The notes: generated by a model not told the origin, from the sequence alone. A stretch of DNA of 64,000 bases from Burkholderiaceae bacterium (GCA_023954095.1 JAMLIQ010000008.1:1827-65826), one strand, 5' to 3'; shown: positions 21,464 through 31,572, counted from the first letter of the stretch. Numbers and translations: made by a program.

Positions 21464-21482
21464 CGGCCGGGAGAAAAACAAC

Positions 21483-22412
21483 ATGGCATTCTTTCTTGAA
21501 ACATTGATTGGCGGCCTGATGGCCGGCATGCTGTATTCGCTCGTGGCGCTCGGCTTCGTGCTGATCTACAAGGCCTCTGGCGTGTTCAATTTCGCCCAGG
21601 GCGCCATGGTGCTGTTCGCAGCCCTGGCGATGGCCAGGTTCTCGGAATGGATTCCGGGATGGACCGGCATCGACAACAAAATCCTGGCCAACCTCCTGGC
21701 CTTTGTGATCGCCGGTGCCTGCATGTTTGTGGTCGCCTGGGTGATCGAGCGCCTGGTGCTGCGCCACCTGGTCAACCAGGAAGGCGCCACGCTGCTCATG
21801 GCCACACTGGGCATTGCCTACTTCCTCGAAGGCCTGGGACAGACGTTTTTTGGCAGCGATATCTATCCCATCGATATCGGCATGCCCAAGGACCCGGTCT
21901 TTTTGTTTGATTCCGTGTTCCCTGGCGGCCTGCTCGTCAACCAGGAAGACGTGATCGCAGCCGCCATTGCCGCCGCGCTGGTGATTCTGCTGAGCCTGTT
22001 CTTCCAGAAGACCACCACGGGCCGCGCCCTGCGCGCCGTGGCCGACGACCATCAGGCCGCCCAATCCGTGGGCATTCCACTCAACCGCATCTGGGTGATC
22101 GTGTGGTGCGTGGCCGGTGTCGTGGCCCTGGTGGCAGGAATGATCTGGGGCTCCAAGCTCGGTGTGCAGTTCTCGCTCACCACGATTGCCTTGCGCGCAC
22201 TGCCCGTCGTCATTCTGGGCGGCCTCACCTCGGTGCCCGGCGCCATCATCGGCGGCCTGATCATCGGCGTGGGCGAAAAGCTCTCCGAGGTGTACCTCGG
22301 CCCCTACGTGGGCGGTGGCATCGAGATCTGGTTCGCGTACGTGCTGGCCCTGGTGTTTCTGCTGTTCAGGCCACAGGGCTTGTTCGGCGAAAAAATCATC
22401 GATCGCGTTTAA
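21483..22412 (+). CDS. ABC permease (LivH-like)
   Basis: GFVLIYKASGVFNFAQG, GRALRAVADD, RPQGLFG. Confidence 0.92.
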   Translation: MAFFLETLIGGLMAGMLYSLVALGFVLIYKASGVFNFAQGAMVLFAALAMARFSEWIPGWTGIDNKILANLLAFVIAGACMFVVAWVIERLVLRHLVNQEGATLLMATLGIAYFLEGLGQTFFGSDIYPIDIGMPKDPVFLFDSVFPGGLLVNQEDVIAAAIAAALVILLSLFFQKTTTGRALRAVADDHQAAQSVGIPLNRIWVIVWCVAGVVALVAGMIWGSKLGVQFSLTTIALRALPVVILGGLTSVPGAIIGGLIIGVGEKLSEVYLGPYVGGGIEIWFAYVLALVFLLFRPQGLFGEKIIDRV

Positions 22413-22440
22413 GCCATAAAAAGAACCAAGGAAATCCACC

Positions 22441-23517
22441 ATGCTCTACCGCGAAAACGGCCAGTTCAAGACGAGCTACCGCTCCGACCAGCAGATCTTC
22501 CCCATTGCGCAGGACCGCATCGCCGTGGCCCTGATGCTGGCCGCCGCCTTTGTCGCCGTGCCACTGCTGGCCAGCGAATATCTCTACACCTCCATCCTGA
22601 TCCCCTTTGTCATCATGTCGCTCGCCGCACTGGGCGTGAACGTGCTGGTGGGCTACTGCGGACAGATCTCGCTGGGCTCCGGCGCCTTCATGGCCGTGGG
22701 TGCCTATGGGGCCTACAACTTCTTTGTGCGCATTCCCGGCATGCCCTTGATTGCCACACTGATCCTGGGCGGCCTGTGCGCCATGTTCTTCGGCATCCTG
22801 TTTGGCCTGCCCAGCCTGCGCGTCAAGGGGCTGTACCTGGCCGTGGCCACGCTGGCCGCGCAGTTCTTCAGCGACTGGATGTTCCTGCGCATCCAGTGGC
22901 TGACCAATGACTCGCCCTCGGGCTCCGTGTCGGTCACCAAGCTCAAGGTGCTGGGCATGGCGCTCGACACCCCGATGGCGCGTTACCTGTTCTGCCTGAC
23001 GCTGTTGGCCGTGATTGCCCTGCTGGCCAAGAATCTGGTGCGCGGCGCCATCGGCCGCGAATGGATGGCCATCCGCGACATGGACGTGGCAGCTGCCGTG
23101 ATCGGCATCCGCCCCATGTACGCCAAGCTCAGCGCCTTTGCAGTCAGTTCCTTCATCATTGGTGTGGCCGGCGCGTTGTGGGCCTTCATTCACCTGGGCT
23201 CGTGGGAGCCGGCGGCATTCTCGGTCGAAGTGTCCTTCCGACTGCTGTTCATGGTGATCATCGGCGGCATGGGCTCCATCATGGGCAGCTTCTTTGGCGC
23301 GGGCTTCATCGTCATCCTGCCGATTGTCCTGAGCCGCGTCCTGCCCGCGCTGGGCGATCTGGTGGGCGTGGAGCTGTCTACCGCCGCCGTTTCGCATGCC
23401 GAGCTGATGACCTTCGGCGGCCTGATCGTCTGGTTCCTCATCGTCGAACCCCACGGCCTGGCCAAGCTGTGGTCCATTGGCAAGCAAAAGCTCAGGCTCT
23501 GGCCCTTCCCGCACTGA
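22441..23517 (+). CDS. ABC permease (LivM-like)
   Basis: GYCGQISLG, LRVKGLYLAVATLA, IIGGMGS. Confidence 0.92.
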   Translation: MLYRENGQFKTSYRSDQQIFPIAQDRIAVALMLAAAFVAVPLLASEYLYTSILIPFVIMSLAALGVNVLVGYCGQISLGSGAFMAVGAYGAYNFFVRIPGMPLIATLILGGLCAMFFGILFGLPSLRVKGLYLAVATLAAQFFSDWMFLRIQWLTNDSPSGSVSVTKLKVLGMALDTPMARYLFCLTLLAVIALLAKNLVRGAIGREWMAIRDMDVAAAVIGIRPMYAKLSAFAVSSFIIGVAGALWAFIHLGSWEPAAFSVEVSFRLLFMVIIGGMGSIMGSFFGAGFIVILPIVLSRVLPALGDLVGVELSTAAVSHAELMTFGGLIVWFLIVEPHGLAKLWSIGKQKLRLWPFPH

Positions 23518-23574
23518 GCCCTGTCCTTCCCGTTTCCCCCTGTGCTTCAACACTTTTATTCAAAGGAGACATCC

Positions 23575-24903
23575 ATGAAGCTTTCGAAACTCATGATCGC
23601 CGCAACCATCGTGGCCGCAGGTGCAGCATCGCTGTCCACCGGCGCTCTCGCGCAGGACAAGGAGCAGTTCTTCCCGCTGCTGTCCTACCGCACAGGCCCC
23701 TATGCGCCCAACGGCACGCCCTGGGCCAACGGCAAGCAGGACTACCTGAAGATGATCAATGCGCGCGACGGCGGCATCAACGGCGTCAAGATCACTTTTG
23801 AAGAGTGCGAAACCGGCTACGCCACCGACCGCGGCGTGGAATGCTATGAACGCCTGAAGGTGCGCCCCGGCGCGGCGATGATCGATCCGCAATCGACCGG
23901 CATCACGTTCGCCCTGACCGAAAAGGCCCCGATCGACAAGATTCCGCTGCTCACCGTCGGGTATGGCCTGTCGATGTCGGCGGATGGCATGGCGTTCAAG
24001 TGGAATTTTGAAATGATGGGCAGCTACTGGACTGGTGCCGACGTGCTGATCCAGCATATTGGCAAGAGCGCAGGCGGTCTGGACAAGCTCAAGGGCAAGA
24101 AGATCGCCCTCGTGTACCACGACAGCCCATTCGGCAAGGAGCCCATCCCGCTGCTGGAAGAGCGCGCCAAGATGCACGGCTTCGAGCTGCAGCTGCTGCC
24201 GGTCACGGCCCCCGGTGTGGAACAAAAGGCCACCTGGCTGCAGGTGCGTCAGAGCCGCCCCGACTACGTCCTGCTGTGGGGCTGGGGCGTGATGAACTCC
24301 ACCGCACTGAAGGAAGCCCAGGCCACCGGCTACCCGCGCGACAAGATGTACGGCGTGTGGTGGGCTGGCGCAGAACCTGATGTGCGCGACGTCGGCGCAG
24401 GTGCCAAGGGCTACCACGCCCTGGCACTCAACGGTTCGGGTAAGGACCAGAAGGTCATCCAGGACATCATGAAGTACGTGCACGACAAAGGCCAGGGCAC
24501 CGGTCCCAAGGACGAAGTCGGCTCGGTGCTCTACACCCGTGGCGTGATGATCCAGATGCTGGGCGTGGAAGCAGTGCGCCGTGCGCAAGAGCGTTTTGGC
24601 AAGGGCAAGGTCATGACCGGCGAGCAGGTGCGCTGGGGCTTTGAAAACCTCAACCTCGACCAGAAAAAGCTCGATGCCATGGGCTTTGGCGGTGTGATGC
24701 GCCCGATTTCCACGAGCTGTGCCGACCACATGGGTTCGAGCTGGGCCCGCATCCAGACCTGGGACGGTGCCAAGTGGAACGTGGGCGCCGACTGGTACCA
24801 GGCCGACGAGCAGATCCTCAAGCCCATGATCAAGGCCGGTGCCGACAAGTACCTGGCCGACAAGAAGATGAAGCGCCGCGATCCGGCCGACTGCCAGTCT
24901 TGA
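23575..24903 (+). CDS. ABC substrate-binding protein
   Basis: Signal peptide, YRTGPYAPNG, ECETGY; AAGGAG RBS. Confidence 0.9.
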   Translation: MKLSKLMIAATIVAAGAASLSTGALAQDKEQFFPLLSYRTGPYAPNGTPWANGKQDYLKMINARDGGINGVKITFEECETGYATDRGVECYERLKVRPGAAMIDPQSTGITFALTEKAPIDKIPLLTVGYGLSMSADGMAFKWNFEMMGSYWTGADVLIQHIGKSAGGLDKLKGKKIALVYHDSPFGKEPIPLLEERAKMHGFELQLLPVTAPGVEQKATWLQVRQSRPDYVLLWGWGVMNSTALKEAQATGYPRDKMYGVWWAGAEPDVRDVGAGAKGYHALALNGSGKDQKVIQDIMKYVHDKGQGTGPKDEVGSVLYTRGVMIQMLGVEAVRRAQERFGKGKVMTGEQVRWGFENLNLDQKKLDAMGFGGVMRPISTSCADHMGSSWARIQTWDGAKWNVGADWYQADEQILKPMIKAGADKYLADKKMKRRDPADCQS

Positions 24904-24908
24904 TCCGG

Positions 24909-25010
24909 TGCATCCCCCTGAGGCGCTTGCGCGCCTCCCCTCCCCTTCTCTCGAATCGGGTGCGATTCTCCAAGGGGGATGCGGTGCGGCCCTGGCCTGG
25001 GCCGCACCGG
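24909..25010 (+). repeat. Structured GC-rich repeat, family B (diverged copy)
   Basis: CCCCCTGAG-GCGCTTGCGCGC-CTCCCC...CTCTCG...AGGGGGATGC; same architecture as the copies at ~55440-55570 and ~57715-57856. Confidence 0.6.
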
Positions 25011-25110
25011 CTCAACGGCTGAAGACACAGCGGCTGCCCTCAGGCAGCCGCCAATCGAAAGGGTTGCCACTGCACTCAACCCTTCCGATTGGCAATGCGA
25101 AGGCAACACA

Positions 25111-25920
25111 ATGGACTCAAAAAACATCGTTCTGAACGTCAACGGCATCGAGGTCATCTACAACCACGTGATCCTCGTGCTCAAGGGCGTCTCGCTGCAG
25201 GTGCCCGAAGGCAGCATCGTGGCCATCCTGGGTGGCAATGGGGCAGGCAAGACCACCACACTGCGCGCCGTCTCCAACCTGCTCAAGGGTGAGCGCGGCG
25301 AGGTGACCAAGGGCTCCATCGAGCTGCGCGGCGAACGCATCGAGAACCTCACCCCCGCAGACCTGGTCAAACGCGGCGTGGTGCAGGTGATGGAGGGACG
25401 CCACTGCTTTGCCCACCTGACGATCGAGGAAAACCTGCTGACCGGGGCCTACACCCGCTCGAGCAAGGCCGAGATTGCCGCCAACCTGGAAAAGGTCTAT
25501 GCCTACTTCCCGCGCCTCAAGACCCGGCGCACGTCCCAGGCCGCCTACACCTCGGGGGGAGAACAGCAGATGTGTGCCATTGGCCGCGCCATCATGACCA
25601 ACCCCAGCATGGTGCTGCTGGACGAGCCCTCGATGGGCCTGGCACCGCAGATCGTGGAAGAGGTGTTCAACATCGTCAAGGATCTGAATACCAAGGAAAA
25701 AGTCACCTTCCTGCTGGCCGAACAGAACACGAACATGGCCCTCAAGTACTCTGACTACGGCTACATCATGGAGTCGGGCCGGGTCGTGATGGACGGGGCC
25801 GCCAACGACCTGGCCAACAACGAAGACGTCAAGGAGTTCTACCTTGGCGTGGGCGGTGGCGAACGCAAGAGCTTCAAGGACGTCAAGAGCTACAAGCGCC
25901 GCAAGCGCTGGCTGGCCTAA
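25111..25920 (+). CDS. ABC ATP-binding protein (LivF-like)
   Basis: GGNGAGKTT, SGGEQQM, LLDEPSMGLAP. Confidence 0.93.
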   Translation: MDSKNIVLNVNGIEVIYNHVILVLKGVSLQVPEGSIVAILGGNGAGKTTTLRAVSNLLKGERGEVTKGSIELRGERIENLTPADLVKRGVVQVMEGRHCFAHLTIEENLLTGAYTRSSKAEIAANLEKVYAYFPRLKTRRTSQAAYTSGGEQQMCAIGRAIMTNPSMVLLDEPSMGLAPQIVEEVFNIVKDLNTKEKVTFLLAEQNTNMALKYSDYGYIMESGRVVMDGAANDLANNEDVKEFYLGVGGGERKSFKDVKSYKRRKRWLA

Positions 25921-25998
25921 CACCTGGCACGGCCGACGCGTCCCCAGGGCGCGGGGCTCCAGACCTCTTCCCCGAATTTGCACTGCACTGGAATTCCC

Positions 25999-27246
25999 AT
26001 GACCTCTTTCTACGACGCGCTGGAAACGCGCGCCCCGGCCGAACGCGAAGCCGCGCACCTGGCGGCCCTGCCGACGCAAGTGGCCCATGCGCGCACCCAC
26101 TCGTCGGCCTTTGCGGCCATCCTGGCCGGTGTGGATCCTGCCAGTGTGACCAGCCGCGCCGCATTGGCCCGCCTGCCGGTCACCCGCAAGCATGAACTGC
26201 TGGAACGCCAGCAGGCCGAGCGTTCGCACGATGTATTCGGCGGGTTTGCCACCGTGGGCTTTGGCGCCGCCATGCCGCGCGTTTTCGCCAGCCCCGGTCC
26301 CATTTACGAGCCCGAGGGCACCCGGCGCGATTACTGGCGCATGGCACGGGCCATGCATGCCGCCGGTTTTCAGGCGGGCGAGCTCATCCACAACTGCTTT
26401 TCCTACCACTTCGTGCCGGCCGGTTCGATGATGGAAAGCGGCGCCCATGCCCTGGGCTGCACCGTGTTTCCCGGCGGCACGGGCCAGACCGAGCAACAGG
26501 TGCAGGCCATGGCCGACCTGCGCCCTGCAGGCTATATCGGCACGCCCAGCTTCCTCAAGCTCATCGTGGAAAAGGCGCAGGAAATGCGCGTGCCGCTGCC
26601 CAGCGTCACCAAGGCGCTGCTTTCGGCCGAAGCTTTCCCGCCCTCGCTGCGCGACTGGTTTGCCGAACGCGGCATCACGGGCTACCAGTGTTACGGCACG
26701 GCCGACCTGGGCCTGATCGCCTATGAAACTGCCGCCCGGGAAGGGCTGGTGATGGACGAGGGCGTAATCGTCGAGATCGTGCGTCCCGGCACGGGTGATC
26801 CGGTGCCCGAGGGGGAGGTGGGCGAACTCGTCATCACCACACTCAACACCGACTACCCGCTGATCCGCTTTGGCACGGGGGACCTTTCGGCCATTCTGCC
26901 CGGCACCTGCCCCACCGGCCGCACCAACACGCGCATCAAGGGCTGGATGGGCCGTGCGGACCAGACCACCAAGGTGCGTGGCCTGTTCGTGCACCCGGGC
27001 CAGGTGGCATCGATCACCAGCCGCTTCCCGCAGGTCCTGCGCGCGCGCCTGATCGTGCGCGGTGAAATGGCGAATGACCAGATGGTTCTGCAGGTGGAAA
27101 CCACCGAAACCGCCGGGGGACTGGCACCGCGCCTGCAAGATGCCATCCGCGAGGTCACCAAGCTGCGCGGCGAAGTTGAACTGGTGGCGCCTGGCACCCT
27201 GCCCAACGACGGCAAGGTGATCGAGGACGCACGCAGCTACCGCTGA
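25999..27246 (+). CDS. Phenylacetate-CoA ligase-like (PaaK family) protein
   Basis: SPGPIYEPEG, GTPSFL, YGTADLG, YPLIRFGTGD. Confidence 0.85.
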   Translation: MTSFYDALETRAPAEREAAHLAALPTQVAHARTHSSAFAAILAGVDPASVTSRAALARLPVTRKHELLERQQAERSHDVFGGFATVGFGAAMPRVFASPGPIYEPEGTRRDYWRMARAMHAAGFQAGELIHNCFSYHFVPAGSMMESGAHALGCTVFPGGTGQTEQQVQAMADLRPAGYIGTPSFLKLIVEKAQEMRVPLPSVTKALLSAEAFPPSLRDWFAERGITGYQCYGTADLGLIAYETAAREGLVMDEGVIVEIVRPGTGDPVPEGEVGELVITTLNTDYPLIRFGTGDLSAILPGTCPTGRTNTRIKGWMGRADQTTKVRGLFVHPGQVASITSRFPQVLRARLIVRGEMANDQMVLQVETTETAGGLAPRLQDAIREVTKLRGEVELVAPGTLPNDGKVIEDARSYR

Positions 27247-27261
27247 TACGGTTTGGTGGGG

Positions 27262-27591
27262 CTATGCGCCCCACACCACGTCCTGCCCCGCCGCCGCGCT
27301 GCGGCGCAGCATGTCGAGAAACGGCGCAGCCCGCTGGCGCAGCGTGACGGTATCCTGCTCGGACTCCTCGGGCTCTGTCTCCTGGGCTCCGTCGGCCTGG
27401 GCCGCTTGCGCCCTGCGGCGCTCATCTGCGGCCACCGCCGCCTCCAGTGCAGCCACAGCCGCAGGAATCTGCGCAGCCGTCACGATGCCCTGGCGCGCAG
27501 GCTCTTTGTCCATGGCCTGCAGCAGGCGCCGCCCGTGGGGCTCCAGCAGAATCAGATCGGCCGTAGCGCGGGATTTGAATTTGTACAGCAT
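27262..27591 (-). CDS. DUF1840 family protein
   Basis: MLYKFKSRATADLILL ... LRQRAAPFLDMLRRS ... VVWG. Confidence 0.8.
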   Translation of the reverse strand: MLYKFKSRATADLILLEPHGRRLLQAMDKEPARQGIVTAAQIPAAVAALEAAVAADERRRAQAAQADGAQETEPEESEQDTVTLRQRAAPFLDMLRRSAAAGQDVVWGA

Positions 27592-27670
27592 GGGAAGATC
27601 TTCCAAAACGGGAGCCAAAGACAAGCTGCCAAGGATACGCCCCCGGCCAAAACACCCCAGACCCCCATTG

Positions 27671-27736
27671 AATCCATAATAAATTGGCCTCAAAGGCTTA
27701 TTTACAAGGCGCTGATAGCTATTATTTATATAGCAA
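27671..27736 (-). repeat. Family A repeat copy 3 (supplies the stop codon of the DMT gene)
   Basis: Minus strand TTGCTATATAAATAATAGCTATCAGCGCCTTGTAAATAAGCCTTTGAGGCCAATTT. Confidence 0.82.
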
Positions 27737-28660
27737 CCATCCCCAAACTCCCGGGCGCTGCAGGCGTCCGCGCCACAGCCCCGCCAGCGCCGCGCCATAC
27801 AAAATCAGGGCCAGCGCCGCCCCCATCAACGGCAAGGCGGCAAACACCCACCCGGTGAGCCGCTCTCCGCCCAGCGCCACACCGGCCAACAAGGCCACCG
27901 CCGGGTTCACGAACGAATAGCTCCCCGCCAGGGCCGCCGACGTGTTCTGCAGCAGCCACAGGTAGGCATTGAGCGCCACCAGCGTACCCATCACCAGCAA
28001 ATAGCCCCACGCCAGCCAGGAGCGCGCGCTGGCATGGCCGAGCTGCTGCACCGGCTCGAACCACAGCGCGACCACCAGCCCCATCATCCCGCCCACCAGC
28101 CACTGCGCCGCCGACGCCATGGCAGGTGGCGGAAGCGACAGCCTGCGCGACGCATACGAACCGATGCTCCAGCACAGCGGCGCGCCAAAGGCCAGCAGGG
28201 CACCCCAGCCCGACGCCGAAAAATCGCCCTCCAGCGCCAGCAGCAATGCTCCCACCACCCCCAGCGCCAGCCCGGCCCAACTGGTGGCCGGCACTTTTTC
28301 ACCGCCCCCATGCGTCCACAGCGCCAACCACATGGGCATGGTAGTGACCACGGTGGCCATCAGTCCAGACCCAATACCGAATTTCTGCGCAAAACCAATG
28401 CAGTTCATGGCCAGGAAAACCATCAACCCGCCCACCACGGCACTGTTGCGCCACTGCGTCCGCGTGGGCAGCGCATGCCCTTGCGCCAGGGCCACCAGCA
28501 GCATCACCGCCCCGGCGCACAGAAAGCGCACCGCATTCATCAGCAGCGGCGGCATGGTCTCCAGCGCAATGCCCATGGCAAAGTACGTGGTGCCCCACAC
28601 CACATAGACCAGCAGCAGCGCACCAGCCACCGCCAGACCTCGCCGATTGGCGGCTTGCAT
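27722..28660 (-). CDS. EamA/DMT family transporter (YedA-like)
   Basis: YVVWGTTY, PPLLMNAVRF, YSFVNPAVALLAG; about 10 TM segments. Start could alternatively be 28678. Confidence 0.88.
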   Translation of the reverse strand: MQAANRRGLAVAGALLLVYVVWGTTYFAMGIALETMPPLLMNAVRFLCAGAVMLLVALAQGHALPTRTQWRNSAVVGGLMVFLAMNCIGFAQKFGIGSGLMATVVTTMPMWLALWTHGGGEKVPATSWAGLALGVVGALLLALEGDFSASGWGALLAFGAPLCWSIGSYASRRLSLPPPAMASAAQWLVGGMMGLVVALWFEPVQQLGHASARSWLAWGYLLVMGTLVALNAYLWLLQNTSAALAGSYSFVNPAVALLAGVALGGERLTGWVFAALPLMGAALALILYGAALAGLWRGRLQRPGVWGWLLYK

Positions 28661-28745
28661 ATTGAAAATGAACGGCATATTCTCTGCTTTACCGAAAATT
28701 CATCGGAAATTGTGTTGATTTCTGAATTTTTACCGAACAACACCC

Positions 28746-29240
28746 ATGACGCAAGCAAATATTCAGATAGACGACATTGATTCCAGAATTATTTCGGTCC
28801 TGGCGGCAGATGGCCGACGGTCTTATGCCGACATTGGCACCGAAGTGGGGCTATCCACCGCGGCCGTGCACGAGCGGGTGAAAAAAATGCTGGAGAAAGG
28901 CGTGATCCGCCGCTTCGCCATCAGCGTCGACCCCGAGCGCGTAGGTCTGAACTTCACTGCCTTCGTGGCGATCCGCAACGATGGCGGCATCCACTGCCGC
29001 GACGTGGCGCCGCGCCTGCGCGCCATGCCCCAGGTGGAGGAACTGCACAGCGTGGCGGGCGAGTACGACTTCCTGGCCAAGATCCGCACCACCCATGCAC
29101 GGGCGCTGGAGGACGTGATCTACCAGATCAAGGCCATCGAGGGCGTGGCCCGCACCACCAGCACCGTGGTGCTGAACACCGAGTTCGAGGACCGGCCGCT
29201 GGACCTGGAATGGATGGGCGCCGACAAGGCGGGGCGCTGA
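28746..29240 (+). CDS. Lrp/AsnC family regulator
   Basis: IDDIDSRII...DGRRSYADIG HTH, SVAGEYDFL; divergent from the DMT exporter. Confidence 0.92.
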   Translation: MTQANIQIDDIDSRIISVLAADGRRSYADIGTEVGLSTAAVHERVKKMLEKGVIRRFAISVDPERVGLNFTAFVAIRNDGGIHCRDVAPRLRAMPQVEELHSVAGEYDFLAKIRTTHARALEDVIYQIKAIEGVARTTSTVVLNTEFEDRPLDLEWMGADKAGR

Positions 29241-29277
29241 CAACGCCCCACAGCGTGCAAGAGCGAAGCGCCGACCG

Positions 29278-30435
29278 TCAAGGCGTGGCCGCCGACACGA
29301 TGCAATCGTCCTGCGCTTCGTCGTATTCCAACTGCGTGGCCACCCACTGGCGGGTGCCGTTGCCGTAGCGCTGGCCGATGGCGCGCAGGCTGGCGCGCAA
29401 TGCGCAGGCGGGCGGCACATCGGGGACTGCCGCTGGTACGGCCCCATCCTGCAAAGGCGCCACGCGCAGCAGCAGCCCGCTGCGCAGCCGCACTAGCTGG
29501 GCCGGGGCCAGCGGGTTCACTGCCACGGCCTGGGAGCGGTAGCTGCGCGACCAGGCATCCGCCGCGAACGCCAGAGCCACGTCGTCCGCACCGTCGGCCA
29601 CAGGCAGTTCGATGCGTTCGTGCCGCCAGAACAGCGCCGTATTGGCAGCCAGGGTCCACACCTGCGCCAGCCCCAGCCCGAAGCGGTCGCTGCGGTGCGC
29701 GGCCGACCAGGACGGCAGGCCCAGCGCATCGGCCACGGTGCGGGCTCTGGCGGCGCCTGCCAGCGCTTCCACCAAGGCCAGCGACACCGGCAGCGAGGCC
29801 GATACGCCGGTGGTGGTCACCACGGGCCCGTCGGCCAGATAGCGCTGCCCCGGCACATACACCGCCCCCGCATGGCGGCGCAGCAAGGTGCTGCGGTCGT
29901 ACCAGTGGCCGGTAAAGCGCCGACCGTCCAGCAGGCCGGCCTGCCCCACGACGCGGGCGCCGGAACACACGGCCACCACCACGGCGCCCTGGGCCGCCTG
30001 GCGCTGCAGCCAGGCCCGCACGGCCGGGTCGTCGTCGCGGTGCATGGCGGGCACCACCACGATGTCCGCCCCGGCAGGATAGGCCGCGTCGAACGACGCA
30101 AAGCCGCGCACGCCGTCGACCGCCAGCGCCGGCATCAGCGCCACCGTGCCAGGCTGCGGCGCCACGGCCTCCACCACCCCCACCTGTGCCTGGCGCAGCA
30201 CGGCGTACGGCACGAGAAAATCGGTGGTCTCGGTGCCCTCGTTCAGCGCCAGCACGGCAATCACCGGGGGATCGCTGGCCGCGCGCAGGGGCAACACCAG
30301 GGGGTGAGCCGCCGCCCCGGCGGGGGCCGCATCCACCAGCGCCCCGACTTCAGCACCCCCCGGGCTGACCCAGGCCCACCAGGCCAACGGCACCATCCAC
30401 CACCCTCGTCCCATCCAACGCCACAATACCGCCAC
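29278..30435 (-). CDS. DJ-1/PfpI family protein
   Basis: GTETTDFLVPY, VVPAMH, AVCSGA, TTTGVSAS; start uncertain. Confidence 0.82.
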   Translation of the reverse strand: MAVLWRWMGRGWWMVPLAWWAWVSPGGAEVGALVDAAPAGAAAHPLVLPLRAASDPPVIAVLALNEGTETTDFLVPYAVLRQAQVGVVEAVAPQPGTVALMPALAVDGVRGFASFDAAYPAGADIVVVPAMHRDDDPAVRAWLQRQAAQGAVVVAVCSGARVVGQAGLLDGRRFTGHWYDRSTLLRRHAGAVYVPGQRYLADGPVVTTTGVSASLPVSLALVEALAGAARARTVADALGLPSWSAAHRSDRFGLGLAQVWTLAANTALFWRHERIELPVADGADDVALAFAADAWSRSYRSQAVAVNPLAPAQLVRLRSGLLLRVAPLQDGAVPAAVPDVPPACALRASLRAIGQRYGNGTRQWVATQLEYDEAQDDCIVSAATP

Positions 30436-30482
30436 ATCTCGCCCCCGCTGTTGTCAGTGCCAGAAGCTTAGGGTCCGCCGCC

Positions 30483-31505
30483 ATGCCACACCAGGCCAAA
30501 TCCGCCGCACATCCTGCCAAATCCTCCTCCTGTCCCCCGCCGTCCCCGGGCGCGGTGCGCGAGGTGGTGATGCTCGCCTTCGAGGGCGTGGAGGCCATTG
30601 ACATCGCTTCTCCCGCCAGCGCGTTCAGCAAGGCGTCGCTGCTCGTGCCCGGCGCCTACCGGGTGCGCATCGCCTCGCCACGCGGAGGCTCCGTAGCCAC
30701 CAGCGCCGGGTTCGCCCTGGCCGACACACTGCCCCTGCACGCGGTCCAGGGACCCATCGATACCCTGGTGGTGGCGGGCGGCGAGGAAGACGCGCTGCGC
30801 CGCGCCATCTTCGACGATGGCGCAGCCCACTGGCTGGCCGAAACCGCGCCGCACGCACGGCGCGTCGCCAGCGTGTGCACCGGGGCGTTCGTGCTGGCTG
30901 CCGCCGGGCTGCTGGAGCAGCGCGAGGCCACCACCCATGCCAACGCCTGCGAGCTGCTGGCCCAGCTGTGCCCCGGCACCCGCGTGCAGCGCGACCGCAT
31001 CTATGTGCGCGATGGCGCGCTGTGGACCTCCGCCGGCGTGACCACGGGGCTGGACCTGGCCCTGGCGCTCATCGAGGACGACCTGGGCCGCGCCACGGCC
31101 ATGCAGATCGCGCGCGACCTCGCGCTCTTCCTGCTGCGCCCCGGCAGCGCGCCGCAGCACAGCCCGGCGCTGCAGGCCCAGGCCGACGCCTCGGCCCGCA
31201 TGCGCGAGCTGATGGCCTGGGTGCAGGGGCACCTGACACACGACCTGTCGGTGGACGCGCTGGCGCGGCAGGCCCACATGAGCCCGCGCAACTTCGCGCG
31301 CGCCTTTGCCGCGCAGGCCCGCTGCACCCCCGCGCGCTTCGTGGCGCAGGCGCGGGCGCAACAGGCCGCCACCCTGCTGCGCCAGACCGGCTGGCCGCAG
31401 GACAAGGTGGCGCAGCGCAGCGGCTTCGGCTCGGTGGACGCCATGGCCCGCGCCGTGCGCCAGCACCTGGGGCAGGGTCTGGCGCAGTTGCGCGGAGCGC
31501 GTTGA
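30483..31505 (+). CDS. GlxA family (DJ-1 + AraC) transcriptional regulator
   Basis: SVCTGAF, WTSAGVTTGLDLAL, MSPRNFARAF. Confidence 0.9.
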   Translation: MPHQAKSAAHPAKSSSCPPPSPGAVREVVMLAFEGVEAIDIASPASAFSKASLLVPGAYRVRIASPRGGSVATSAGFALADTLPLHAVQGPIDTLVVAGGEEDALRRAIFDDGAAHWLAETAPHARRVASVCTGAFVLAAAGLLEQREATTHANACELLAQLCPGTRVQRDRIYVRDGALWTSAGVTTGLDLALALIEDDLGRATAMQIARDLALFLLRPGSAPQHSPALQAQADASARMRELMAWVQGHLTHDLSVDALARQAHMSPRNFARAFAAQARCTPARFVAQARAQQAATLLRQTGWPQDKVAQRSGFGSVDAMARAVRQHLGQGLAQLRGAR

Positions 31506-31572
31506 GGCGTCTGCCACTACCATGCAGGCTTTCCAGCGCCAGCGCTGAAACGTCACCACGATCCACCCGCCC

